Assembly (NCBI RefSeq): GCF_009914755.1
Contig: NC_060929.1
Length of the DNA: 64,000 nucleotides
Direction: 5' to 3' (one strand)
DNA from: the human T2T-CHM13v2.0 reference genome, Homo sapiens
Every line of letters begins with the position of its first letter. Positions within the stretch are counted from its first letter, which is position 1. The notes beneath the pieces were generated by a model that saw only the letters and a list, made by a program, of their open reading frames with translations, was not told where the DNA came from and searched no databases. Shown piece by piece: positions 14,254 to 25,205 of this stretch. The position numbers were made by a program, and so were the translations under genes.

Positions 14254-15099
14254 TCCCTCTGGAGGCATCTTATTTCTTCCTTTGGTTTACTCCATTACTA
14301 TTCTCTCTCGCTCTCATAGATCTTTGCCATGTTAGAAACCAAGCTCTAGCATCCCTCCTATTTCCCACTTCCCGGGGCAAGTGTGTGGCTGTTGCAGCCT
14401 ACTGCTGCCAATTGGCTGGCCCTTCTACCTACATCTCTCTACTTCTTAGCTCTGGGTGTCCAACCCATGCAACTTCCTCCCTTCCTCCCCTGCTGGAGTC
14501 ACATGAGGAGCTCTGTGCAGCCTGCTTGTTTAAAGAAATGCTAGCCAATAGCTTTAGGGGGATAGTGGTGGTGACTTCTGTCTAAAGGCAGAGAGATCAA
14601 AGTTATTCTGCAGTAGTATATTAAATACGAGCCACGTGCAGCAAGAAAAAGAGGCCAACCTTTGCCAACAGTACTCTGTGACCTCTGGTTGAGTTTAGCG
14701 CAACCCCAATTCTGCCTGTTTCCAGTCACTAACCAAATTCCTTACCCTTTGAAAAGTAAGAGGTATTCAACATTCAAGGAAATGCCAACCAGGACTTACA
14801 TTGTTTGCATCACTTTCCCCCATTCTCCTTATTAATTAAAATGACTGATCCATAAAATTGGTTATCAGCACTGAAACACTCTCTGATACTCTCTGCCTCC
14901 AGCTCCCTTAGGCTGCCCTTTGGAAATGGTCTGCTTTTTCTCTGCAGTAGAAATGATAATTTAAAAAAAAAAAAAAAACAAGAACCACCAGCTGAGGAGA
15001 AAATCTCCAAGGCTTGGCCTGAGGGGGAATATAAGCTACTATTAAAAAAATCAACCTGGCACCTTGGAAGTTTTACCTACATTCTCACCTATTCACCAT

Positions 15100-15540
15100 C
15101 TCCCATCCCTCCCGTGCCAGGAACCCTCTGCCCTCAGAGCCTTTGCATTTCCTTTGCTTGGGATAGAAAGTCACTGGCTGTTTCTTCCTTCCTAAAAGAA
15201 GTCCTCGGGTCTTTATTTACATATCACCTTCTCAGTGAACCTGCCCTAGAAGCCCCATCTAAAATTTACAAACCTAATATAAACATGCACACATATACAC
15301 ATGCATATTCACACACACACACTGCTTCCTATCACTGTTACCTCCTCACAGTTTCCTCATCACTTATCGCTATCTAATATATGATGCATTTTACTTATTT
15401 ATTATCTTTCCCCTTCTACAATGATAGCTTCATGAAGGCAAGATTTTTTATGTCTTGTTTACTGTTTGGCCTAGAACAGTGACTTGTACCAAGTAGATGT
15501 GCAATAAATGTTTATTAATAAATAATTGAATAAATGATTG
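15100..15540 (+). mobile_element. L2 LINE 3' end
   Basis: CCTCAGAGCCTTTGCATTT...GCTTCATGAAGGCAAGATTTT...CCTAGAACAGTG...CAATAAATGTTTATTAATA. Confidence 0.65.
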
Positions 15541-15642
15541 ATCTAACCTATAACATCCCCACATGGTGATCACAGGGGGCTCCCAGTCACACTGTCTGCT
15601 CTGAAGGTAGATAGCTATAAATCAGGCTCTAACAGCCACCCC

Positions 15643-16140
15643 GCAGATTAGTTTCCTACTGCTACTTTAACAAATTACCATTAGTGGCATAAAACAACAA
15701 AAGTTTATCATGCCACAGTTCCATAGGACAGAAGTCCTATGAGTCTCAGTGGGCTAAAACCAAGAGGTTCATAGGGCTGAGTTTCTTTCTGGATGCTCTA
15801 GGGGAAATTCTCTTTCCTCGCCTTTTCCAGCTCTAGAGATCATCCACATTCTGTGGCTTGTGGCCCTTTTTTCCATTTTTAAAGAACGCAATGTTATATC
15901 CCTCTGACTACTGCCCCTTAGTTTCCTTAGTCACAATTCCCTCTCTTTTCCTGCCTACCTTTTAAAATATTGAATTGGGCCCACCAGGATAATCCAGGAT
16001 AATCTCCCTATTATAAGATCATCTGATTAGTAATCTTAATTCCATCCACAATCTTAACTCTCCTTTGTCCTATAACGTATTCAAAGATTCCAGAGATGAG
16101 AACATAAACCTCTTTGGGGGCCATTATTCTGCTCACATCA
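15643..16140 (-). mobile_element. MaLR LTR (MLT1C/D-like)
   Basis: ATTAGTTTCCTACTGCTACTTTAACAAATTACCA...GGGCCCACCAGGATAATCCAGGATAATCTCCC...TCTTTGGGGGCCATTATTCTGC. Confidence 0.8.
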
Positions 16141-18260
16141 TCCTCTTGAGCAACCTAAGAAGTGATAAGGCCTCTCTCATCAATTTGATAGCTGTGATGT
16201 TCCATGTTTAGCCCTTACCTTTAGTCCTTGTTGAGGTATAGTACAAACTTCCCTGGATTGAAAGGCAGAAGATATTTCATTCAAGACCCTTCTGAAACTG
16301 TTGGTTTTATAACCTGGGATGACTAACTCAATCACAATTACTGAGACTCCATATTTTCAACAGAAAAGTAGAGTTAATAAAACCTACTGACAGGACTATT
16401 ATAAAATGAATTGTGGAGAAATCTTTTTATAGAACTTTCATACTTCACACAGTGTAAGGAATCATTGTGAATAGAGATCTCTAGGACCAAAGATACCCTG
16501 AGTTTGTACTGATGGTTTTTATTGTTTTGCTCCTCAAAATAAAGTACCACATTATCACTTGCAAGTTTGAACAAATTACAAACTGAAATTGGCAATGTCA
16601 CACTCAGTCCAAGTCCTATAATACCATTACATGATTTACTGATGACAATATTGTACAGACAATCCAACTGTGAATATGATTTTTGTTTTTTCTAGTTGAA
16701 GTTTCTTCATTTATTTGTCCTCAGAAAAACGACATTGAGAAACAGGTAAGCCTCACCTCTTTCATTTGGTAGTGTGAGAAACAATGACTGTAGTTAATTG
16801 TATATTTCCTTCTAGGCTCCCTCAGGAAGAAAAATGTGCCTCATTCACTTTTGTAACTCTGGTGCCCAGATTCTTGCCTGGCAGAGATACTCAATGAATA
16901 TTTGTTGAAGTAATTAATAAGCTAATACACCAATATTTAATTAGAGATGCACATTAGGAAATTGTCCATGCTGCTGCTATGTAGCTATAAATCCCTTTCC
17001 ATCTTCATTTTCTAGCCTTTTGTTAATCCCACCCTGAAATTCCCAATATCAAGGGGAAACTGGCCTTTGCCTGACCTCTGGAAAGCCATTTAAAAAAAAA
17101 TTTAAGCAAAATTTCTTTAAATGGGGAACACCGTACTCCAGTTCATGCTTCCAGTTACCACTCTCATGATCAAACATTTCTTCCTAGAGTTCCCCTAAGA
17201 AGGATACCACAGGGAAGATTGTAAACTTCTTATTCAAGTAAAAGAGGTGAAGATGTGCAACACATTTAAACGGGTTCTTCCCCTAAGGAAGGTGTAACTA
17301 TTGCTTCTACAGGGAGCCAGGGAAGATTTCCTTGAGGCTGAAAAATATGCCCAGTAAACAAAGCTTTGATTGTGAAACTTCAAGTCTCTGATGGACTTTT
17401 TTTGAAGGAAAGCTTATAACAGAGGGGTCAGTCAATGACACACCACCAGATATGTTCAAATAAATCAAATGCTTATACCAATTCCACAACCTGCTTTTGT
17501 GAGCCTCAAGACACAACCAACTTAAACCTCCATAAGGTGGATGTGTCACACATCGGAACAACTTCATAGGAAAACAGTGAGAACTGGGCCCTTACTGATT
17601 TCACATTGCCTGATTTGCCAAGAGAGGAGAAAGGCTTTTCTAAGCCAAGAGAGTCTTTAAGCATCGCACATTGTGTCCAATACTTGAGGTGTGACAGTAA
17701 GGGTCTAAGAGGAAATAAGTTTCTTTTTTCCTTTTTTTCCCCTTGAAGCTGCAAGATTTATGAAGAAGAACCTTCAAGTTTTATGAAAAAGAACTCTATA
17801 AGTAGCCTACTACAAATAAAAAACACTACCAATTTAATCAAGAAGTTCAAGGAATAAGATATGTTTGTATTGCATTTCACTTAAAATACTCTTCAATTTA
17901 AAAGGAGGACTTGGCAATGTGAATTTTGCCAGCAACAAAAAATTCAAATTCAACAACCAATTCCACAATAATCATTTTGCCACACTCACAGCAAATATCC
18001 CTGGATTCACTCAAACTTAATACTGCAAAGGTAGCACTTAAAACTCTTTTCACTTTAGGTACCCACTGAACACTGAGGTGGCCAGAGTAAGTAATAAACT
18101 CTTGGTGATAATGAATGGCTAGTCCATTTTTCTTTGCCAACATACAATAGATTCTGGTGTGGAAGAAAATAGTTTCACAGTAAAACACTAATTTAACTCT
18201 CTTAGGGTACTAATCTATGTGTTGAAAAAGAGGTTTCATTGAATGTTTTCCTGAGTTATA

Positions 18261-19008
18261 TTCCAATTATCTACAGATTTACCTAAATTTTCTAAATCCA
18301 TGTGTATTTTCTACTAATATAACCTCTTATTTTTTGCAGCTTAAGTGCTCAATAAAGCTCTAATTAGCAAAAGATGAAATATGTTTCAGTCATCTGGATT
18401 TTTATTCAATCTTATTTACATGAATTCAAATCTATATTCTCCCCAAAATTTCGACAAAATTCACCTTTGTCAAGTAGGTCTGTCCTATACTTTTAACATG
18501 AAGACTCCAAAATATGCACACAAACTAACACATACAAAGAATTTTTTGGCACAAATGCTAATTTTTCCTACACAAGGTCACCGTTAATGAACTGCTTTCA
18601 AGAATATGTAAAAAGAGTGGAGAACAATATATTTTAAATTATAGTGGCAGCTCTTGCCTCCTTTTAAAGTTTTCTCCCCATAACTTGGGTTTGTAGCACT
18701 GAAATGGGGATAAGAATGCTCACAGTTATTGTAAAGTTAATTTAGGAATTGTGTTTTTATGAAGAACTTTGAACTCGAGGTTTGATATGTTGAAAATAAA
18801 ATGTATACATTTCAATTGCCTATCGATTTGTCTATATTTTCTGAATCCATTTGTATTTTCCACTAATATAACATTTTATTTACTGCAGTTTTAAGAGCTA
18901 AACAGAACTCTAATCAACAAAAGCTAAGTTTCATCATCTAGACTTTTATCCTATTTTATTGACTTCAACTCAAATCTGTGACCTCCAAAATTTTCCTTAG
19001 TAAATTCA
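18261..19008 (+). repeat. Diverged direct duplication of about 200 bp (18261-18463 and 18810-19008)
   Basis: Colinear by eye: AATCCATGTGTATTTTCTACTAATATAAC vs AATCCATTTGTATTTTCCACTAATATAAC; CTCTAATTAGCAAAAG vs CTCTAATCAACAAAAG; TCATCTGGATTTTTAT vs TCATCTAGACTTTTAT. Confidence 0.8.
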
Positions 19009-20824
19009 GGTAATCACTCAGTACAAATGAAGTAAAGACTTTCAGTTACCAGATACTAAATTACAATTTATAACTTGTCTTGTCTATTTACATATGTTTA
19101 AGATCTTTCTTCAGGGATGGAGCAGCAGTAATGACATTACTTTGGCAGAGCTCATGAATCTACATTAATATCCTCTCATCTGGGGTTTTCCACATCTTGC
19201 TCCGGTACAAACATTTTCTTGATGGCAAGAACCAAAACTCAGCAACCCAAGGAATTCTTGCAGAGAAATATTAGCTGTCTCACATTTTCGCCTTCAGGGT
19301 AGTTCCAAGAGCTAATGTCTAAGGCTATACTAATACTCCTAAAGTGACCCACCCGAGCCTAGATTTTCTTCAAATGGCTCGGTCCCAAGACCTTCCTCAT
19401 GCTCCATCTTAATGTACAGGTGCGGTGGGATTCTCTTAAACCAAATCCAATTCAACAAAGAGGTGATGCTGAGTTGCATAAACCACCCCCCTCCACCACT
19501 GAGTTACAAAAATAATCGTACCAGCAGAAATCTGACAGCCTCCATCTGCTGAATAACTTGTTGAAAACCAATCAACCAGAGACCACTAATTATTCTGAGG
19601 TCTTTTTAAAATGTAAGGTTTTTTTTTTAATTTCTGGAAACTTGACTGCTATTATTTAAGATGGCCCATTCAACAACAATGGTTCATAATTATATCTATT
19701 TATTTTGACAGTCCATAGCTCCTGATAAAAGGCCATCTGCAACATTTTCAAATTAAGGATTTTTTCCTACAAAGAACATTATTATTAACAATGTGAAATA
19801 TTGAAGCTTTGGAAGGGAAGTGTAATCAAAGACCACAACATAAAATTCCATTATCACAGTGTCTGGTTTTGCCTCTGCTTTTTCAATTTAAAGAGGAAGA
19901 ACTAGAAGTAAATGTAATAAGTAGTGAGGCAGAAAGGATGAGGGAAAGGAATTGCTGAGTTAGACTGAAAACATCTCAAAAGCAAAGATTACGCCTTTTA
20001 TTTCTCTTTCTTTTTCAAAATACAATGCATAATCTACACTGTGTTCTGTTAATAAAGGGTGCCAAGATAGAAGAAAAAAAAAAAAAGCAAACAAGCCAAA
20101 CTCCCCTTCAGAACTCCTCCCTCCCCGCTCTGCATCTCTCTACCTTGCTTAGGTGCCCATTCCATGAGTTGTTTGAGCCCCCTAACCAATATCACACCGC
20201 TTAAGCCTGCCCATTACCACCACCAGGGGACCATGTAGAGTGGTCCAGGTTGTTTACCACACAAAGGTACTCCGCTCAAGCAGGCATGTGATAGCTAAAA
20301 CCCAGCCCACGGTTACCAAGAGAATCAGCTACTAGTGCCCAGCTGGAACAGCCTCCTTGGTTGTTTTGTGGGCTTCTTTGAGAATACCAAGCTGTGTGCA
20401 CTGGTACAGGGCTACATCCACCCAAAGGGGGCACTGCTCTTTTCTGTTTTGCATAAAATAACAGCTTTATCCACTGCGCATGTTCCCAAATTTTCACACT
20501 CACTCTTCCCACAAAGGAGCAGATATGTTAAAATAGATGATCCTGAGAGTTTATTATTAGACAACATTTTGCAGATGGTGGAGTCTAATGAGAGGAGTAA
20601 AAATAAGAAAAGCCTCCTGTGTCTTCCTTTATGAAGTCAGGAAGGTGAACTGGGTTGGGCTGCTGCCACCTGGGAAAGACCCTGCCACATATTTCTTTGG
20701 CTTCTTCCCTTATTTTCTTACGGGTCTTCTTCTCATGGGGCTAGAAGGAAAGTCAAACCAGGGATTACCCCATCTGAGAAGACCTGTTCCCTCTCTCTCT
20801 GGTTCTATATTAACTTTTAACTCC

Positions 20825-21005
20825 TTTTTTTTATTCTTTTCTCTTTTTAGAGACAGGGTCTTGCTCTGTTGTCGAGGCTAGAGTGCAGTAGTGTGATCAT
20901 AGTTCACTGCAGCCTCAAACTCCTGGGCTCAAGGGATCCTGCCTCAAGGGAGCCTGCCTCAGCCTCGTGAGTAGATGGGACTTCAGGTGAAAGCCACCAT
21001 AACAG
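20825..21005 (-). mobile_element. Alu monomer (FRAM/AluJ right arm)
   Basis: T-rich tail then AGAGACAGGGTCTTGCTCTGTT...CACTGCAGCCTCAAACTCCTGGGCTCAAG, with a small internal duplication (CTCAAGGGA.CCTGC). Confidence 0.85.
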
Positions 21006-21387
21006 GTCTGACTCCTATTCAAGGCTGGAGATTTTGCCCCCAGACAGAGAAGACCCAGAGTTAGGTATCTATGCCAGCTTGGCCTTAGACAACAGGTAGA
21101 TCTGTGTTTCCTTAGTCTTAGGCTTGCTTCTGCTGACTTGCTGGCCGACTTATCCCAGGCAGACCTTTCCTTTCCTTGAAAATTAAAGCCTTCAACAGCC
21201 AAATTCAGACGTGGACCTCAAGGTAGGTTGGGAATTGTATGGAAACAAAGACGAACACTAGGTCATTCTGACTCTTAGCCCATTTTCCGGCCTCACAAAA
21301 GAAATTCTTCACGTGGTCCAATGCAAATTTTTAGGATCCCACATTTACTACTAGCACTCACAGTATTTTTAAATGTGCATTTCCCTT

Positions 21388-22105
21388 ACAAATTAAAACT
21401 GCAATGAGCTATCACCTCATATCTGTTAAAACAGCTATCATCAAAAGACAAAAGTTAGCAAGTGTTAGCAAGAATATGGAAAAAAGGGAACATCTGCACA
21501 CTGTTCATGGGAATGTAAATTAGTGCAGCCATTATGGGAAGCAATATGGAGGTTTCTCAAAAAATTAAAAATAGAACTACCATATGATCCAGGAATCCCA
21601 TGACTAGGTAGATTTCTAAAGGAAATGAAATCATTTTGAAGAGATAGCTACACTCCCATGTTCATTGCAGCATTATTCACAATAGCCAAGATATGGAATC
21701 AACCTAAGTTTCCATCAATGGATGAATGGTAAATAAAATATGGTATATATACACAATGGAATCCTGTTCAGCCTTAAAAGAAGGAAATCATGTCATGTGC
21801 AACAACATTACTGAATCTGGAGGACATCATATTAAGTGAAATAAGCCAAGCACAGAAAAACAAACACTATACCACATGGTTTCACTCATATGTGAAAATT
21901 TTAAAAGTCAAACCTACAAAAGCAGAGAGTAGAATGGTGTTTACTGGGGGCTAGGGACAGAGAGTTGTAAGTGGGAGAGATATTGGTCAAAGGATAGGAA
22001 ACTTCAGTTAGCTAGGAGAAATAAGTTCAAGGGATCTATTACACAAGGTGTTGACTATAGTTAAGAACAGTGTATTATGTACTTGAAAATCATGAGTAGA
22101 TCTAT
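21388..22105 (+). mobile_element. L1MA LINE 3' fragment
   Basis: End of ORF2 and 3'UTR: AATAGAACTACCATATGATCCAG...GCAGCATTATTCACAATAGCCAAGATATGGAATCAACCTAAG...GGAGAAATAAGTTCAAGGGATCTATT. Confidence 0.85.
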
Positions 22106-23029
22106 AATCTCATCCTTTGTGCTATTCTGCCTGAGCTCTCATGTTGGAAAACCATCAGATAAAATAATTCCTTATAGTATAATTTAATCACATTATAGGC
22201 AATAACTTACCCTAATCAATTTGTTCATAGAGTTTAGACCTTGAAATTCTTGCACTGTAGCAAAACTAGGTGAGCACTCTTACAGTTATTCACAGCACAG
22301 GCTCTACTGGAATGGACAAGATTTCTCAGGATTACCCCAGAAGATATAATTAGGATAGACCATGAATCCAAGAGGTTTTGCTTTGGGAGGAGAAAATGCC
22401 ATTCTTTTTTGTTTTTTAATCTTCTATGGTTGAATGCAATAAAAAAAATTGCCCAAGAGAATTAGCTCTTAGTGCCCAGCTGGGAAGACCTCCTATTTTT
22501 GAACTGATTTGCAAATGATAGTGGTACCTCACCATTATTGAAGAAGGCCATAGCTGTATTAGCTTCTTCCATCCACCACTCACACAACACATTGGCCAAA
22601 TCAAGTCAGGGAAAGTGGTCAGAGCTATAATGATGGTGGTAAAAGTGGCTGTCACTTTTACGGATCTGTTACTAGTTGGACAGACCAACAGGCTTCTACC
22701 TTGGCCTGGTCAGTTCATTTCCAGATTAGGGTTGACATTGATGGACACTGCCTGAGTGGCTGGTGTTTCACCATCAACATCAGGAGTAGCCCAGCTGAGA
22801 GGACTAATCCTTGTCTGAGTTCTCAAGAGAGTTACTGTACCATAGAGTTAGCTATCGAAGGGAACCTGGGACATCCCTCAGTCCACCACACTTACTCCCC
22901 AGTGCTAGATCTTCCTCTACAACACCCATTGCATTGTCAACTGACCTCTGCTTGACATTTCCTCCAAAAGCAACCCATTTTTACTTTAAGAGAACCAACT
23001 TCTCCTCTATTCTCCTATAACAGGAATTA

Positions 23030-23250
23030 GAATGAGAATAGCTATTTACTAAATACTTAATATGGGATTTACATATATGAATTTATTCAATTCCCATACC
23101 AACTCTGTGAGATAAAGATTACCACTGCCCTTTTTCAAATGAGAAACAGACTCAGAGGGTGAAGAAATGTGCCCCAAGTCACACAGCTGAACAAGGACTT
23201 GCACCCAGGTCTGTCCAACCCCAACACCCTGTTTGTAATCACTAAACTCT
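23030..23250 (-). mobile_element. MIR SINE
   Basis: CAACTCTGTGAGATAAAG...AAATGAGAAACAGACTCAGAGGGTGAAGAAATGTGCCCCAAGTCACACAGCT. Confidence 0.7.
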
Positions 23251-23709
23251 ACTTCCTCATGTTAAGCACCCACCTATCTTTGAATTGCAATGAGGCATAC
23301 ATCCCAAAATTAACATTTTAGGTCCCTGGAGATCTATAATTTGATTATTTATAGAGGAGGAAAAGCCAAGTTTAAGCAACATCTAAGCCCCACTTAAATA
23401 ATTGCTTTTTATTTCCTTTCATCTGATCCATTCTAGGCCTATTTTATAGTTGCACTCTCAGAAGGTGTGTTCACTTCTCCAATCCAATTTCTTGGGGTGG
23501 GGGTGTGACAGAGGCTATATTACCTCTTAGTATTGCTTATAGAAACTTCAAGAAAGCTATAAAGAAAAGGAACTGAAGGATATCTCTTTATATTTTCTTC
23601 TCCTACTTGAAATACAGACTATTAATAAGGGGCTTAAAAGAATAAAGATGTCAGCAAGAAGGAAAATTAAAGGTTCAAAAGAATGCCTTTAGATAAAATG
23701 AGTTGATTA

Positions 23710-24283
23710 TGTATTGTCAGACTGTGGCCTTCTGGTATCTGAAACCCTTCCTATATTTGATGAATTTCCTGCCATGTGAATCTTAGTGGGAAACAAAGCC
23801 CCTTCCATTACAGCAGTCAAGATAGCCAGATTCTTTCTTTTTCAGACTCTCTGGCAGTCATGGCACAGATCATGGTCATAGACAATGATATACATCCATC
23901 CTGGGGCTTCAAATCCGGGGCCAGTGGCTCAGAGAACAGAGAAACTTCATCCTGGCAACTGTGGTGGCAGCAGCCAGTTGCCAGGCCAGTAGGTCCAGCA
24001 GCACCAAGCAACCGTATCCAAGGCCAACACCAGCAGTGGCCGTGCCGGCCCCATGCCCAGTGTTCAGCAGGAGCAGCAGTGATGGCTCCCCAAGCTGGCT
24101 CTCTGGTGTGACTTTTAATTTGGCTCTGGCTTCCCTTTTTCCCCACCCATATTCTAAGTCTGGTTCCTACAACTTTACAGTGAGTCCACCAGATAACCTG
24201 GTATCTCTCAAGAAGTTACTTTTATGCCTAAGCCAGCCAAAGTCTGTTTCAATTGCTTGCCTTGAAGATCTCAAGTGGATATA
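23710..24283 (+). mobile_element. Ancient ERVL/MaLR-class LTR (LTR67/LTR78-like)
   Basis: TG start and typical 3' end TTATGCCTAAGCCAGCCAAAGTCTGTTTCAATTGCTTGC. Family uncertain. Confidence 0.45.
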
Positions 24284-24575
24284 TGATATAAAAGGACACA
24301 TTTGTGCTCAACCAGAGTAACAGCAAGGGCATCAGGCCATATCAGGACCCCTCACTAAATTCACATCAGCATCTGAGGCTTATCCTACCTTTGGATCTGG
24401 AAAAACACAAGTATGGCCAGATTCTCTCCTATTTATTTCATGACTGCATCACAAAGTGACCACTGCCTCAGAACCATACTCACTACACAAGAATGTGGAA
24501 TGGTAAAACAGAAGTGGATGGGACTGGGGTTCGAAAGTTTTCATTAGTTTTCTGCTATATTGAAATATAAATTCT

Positions 24576-24917
<342 letters not shown>

Positions 24918-24965
24918 CTAACATCCTACTATAAAATCCATTAATTTATAGAATTAAAACTGAGG

Positions 24966-25205
24966 GGCTGGGTGCGATGGCTCACGCCTGTTATCCTAGC
25001 ACTTTGGGAGGCCGAGTTGGGTGGATCACTTGAGGTCAGGAGTTCAAGACCAGGCTGACCAACATGGTGAAACTCCATCTCTAACAAAAATACAAAAATT
25101 AGCCGGGCGTGGTGGCAGGCACCTGTAATCCTAGCTACTTGGGAGGCTGAGACAGGAGAATTGTTTGAACCTGGGAGGCACAGGTTGCAGTGAGCCGAGA
25201 TCATG
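24966..25205 (+). mobile_element. AluS (Sx/Sq-like), 3'-truncated
   Basis: Alu runs from GGCTGGGTGCGATGGCTCACGCC to GCAGTGAGCCGAGATCATG, then switches abruptly to non-Alu sequence with no tail. Confidence 0.92.
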
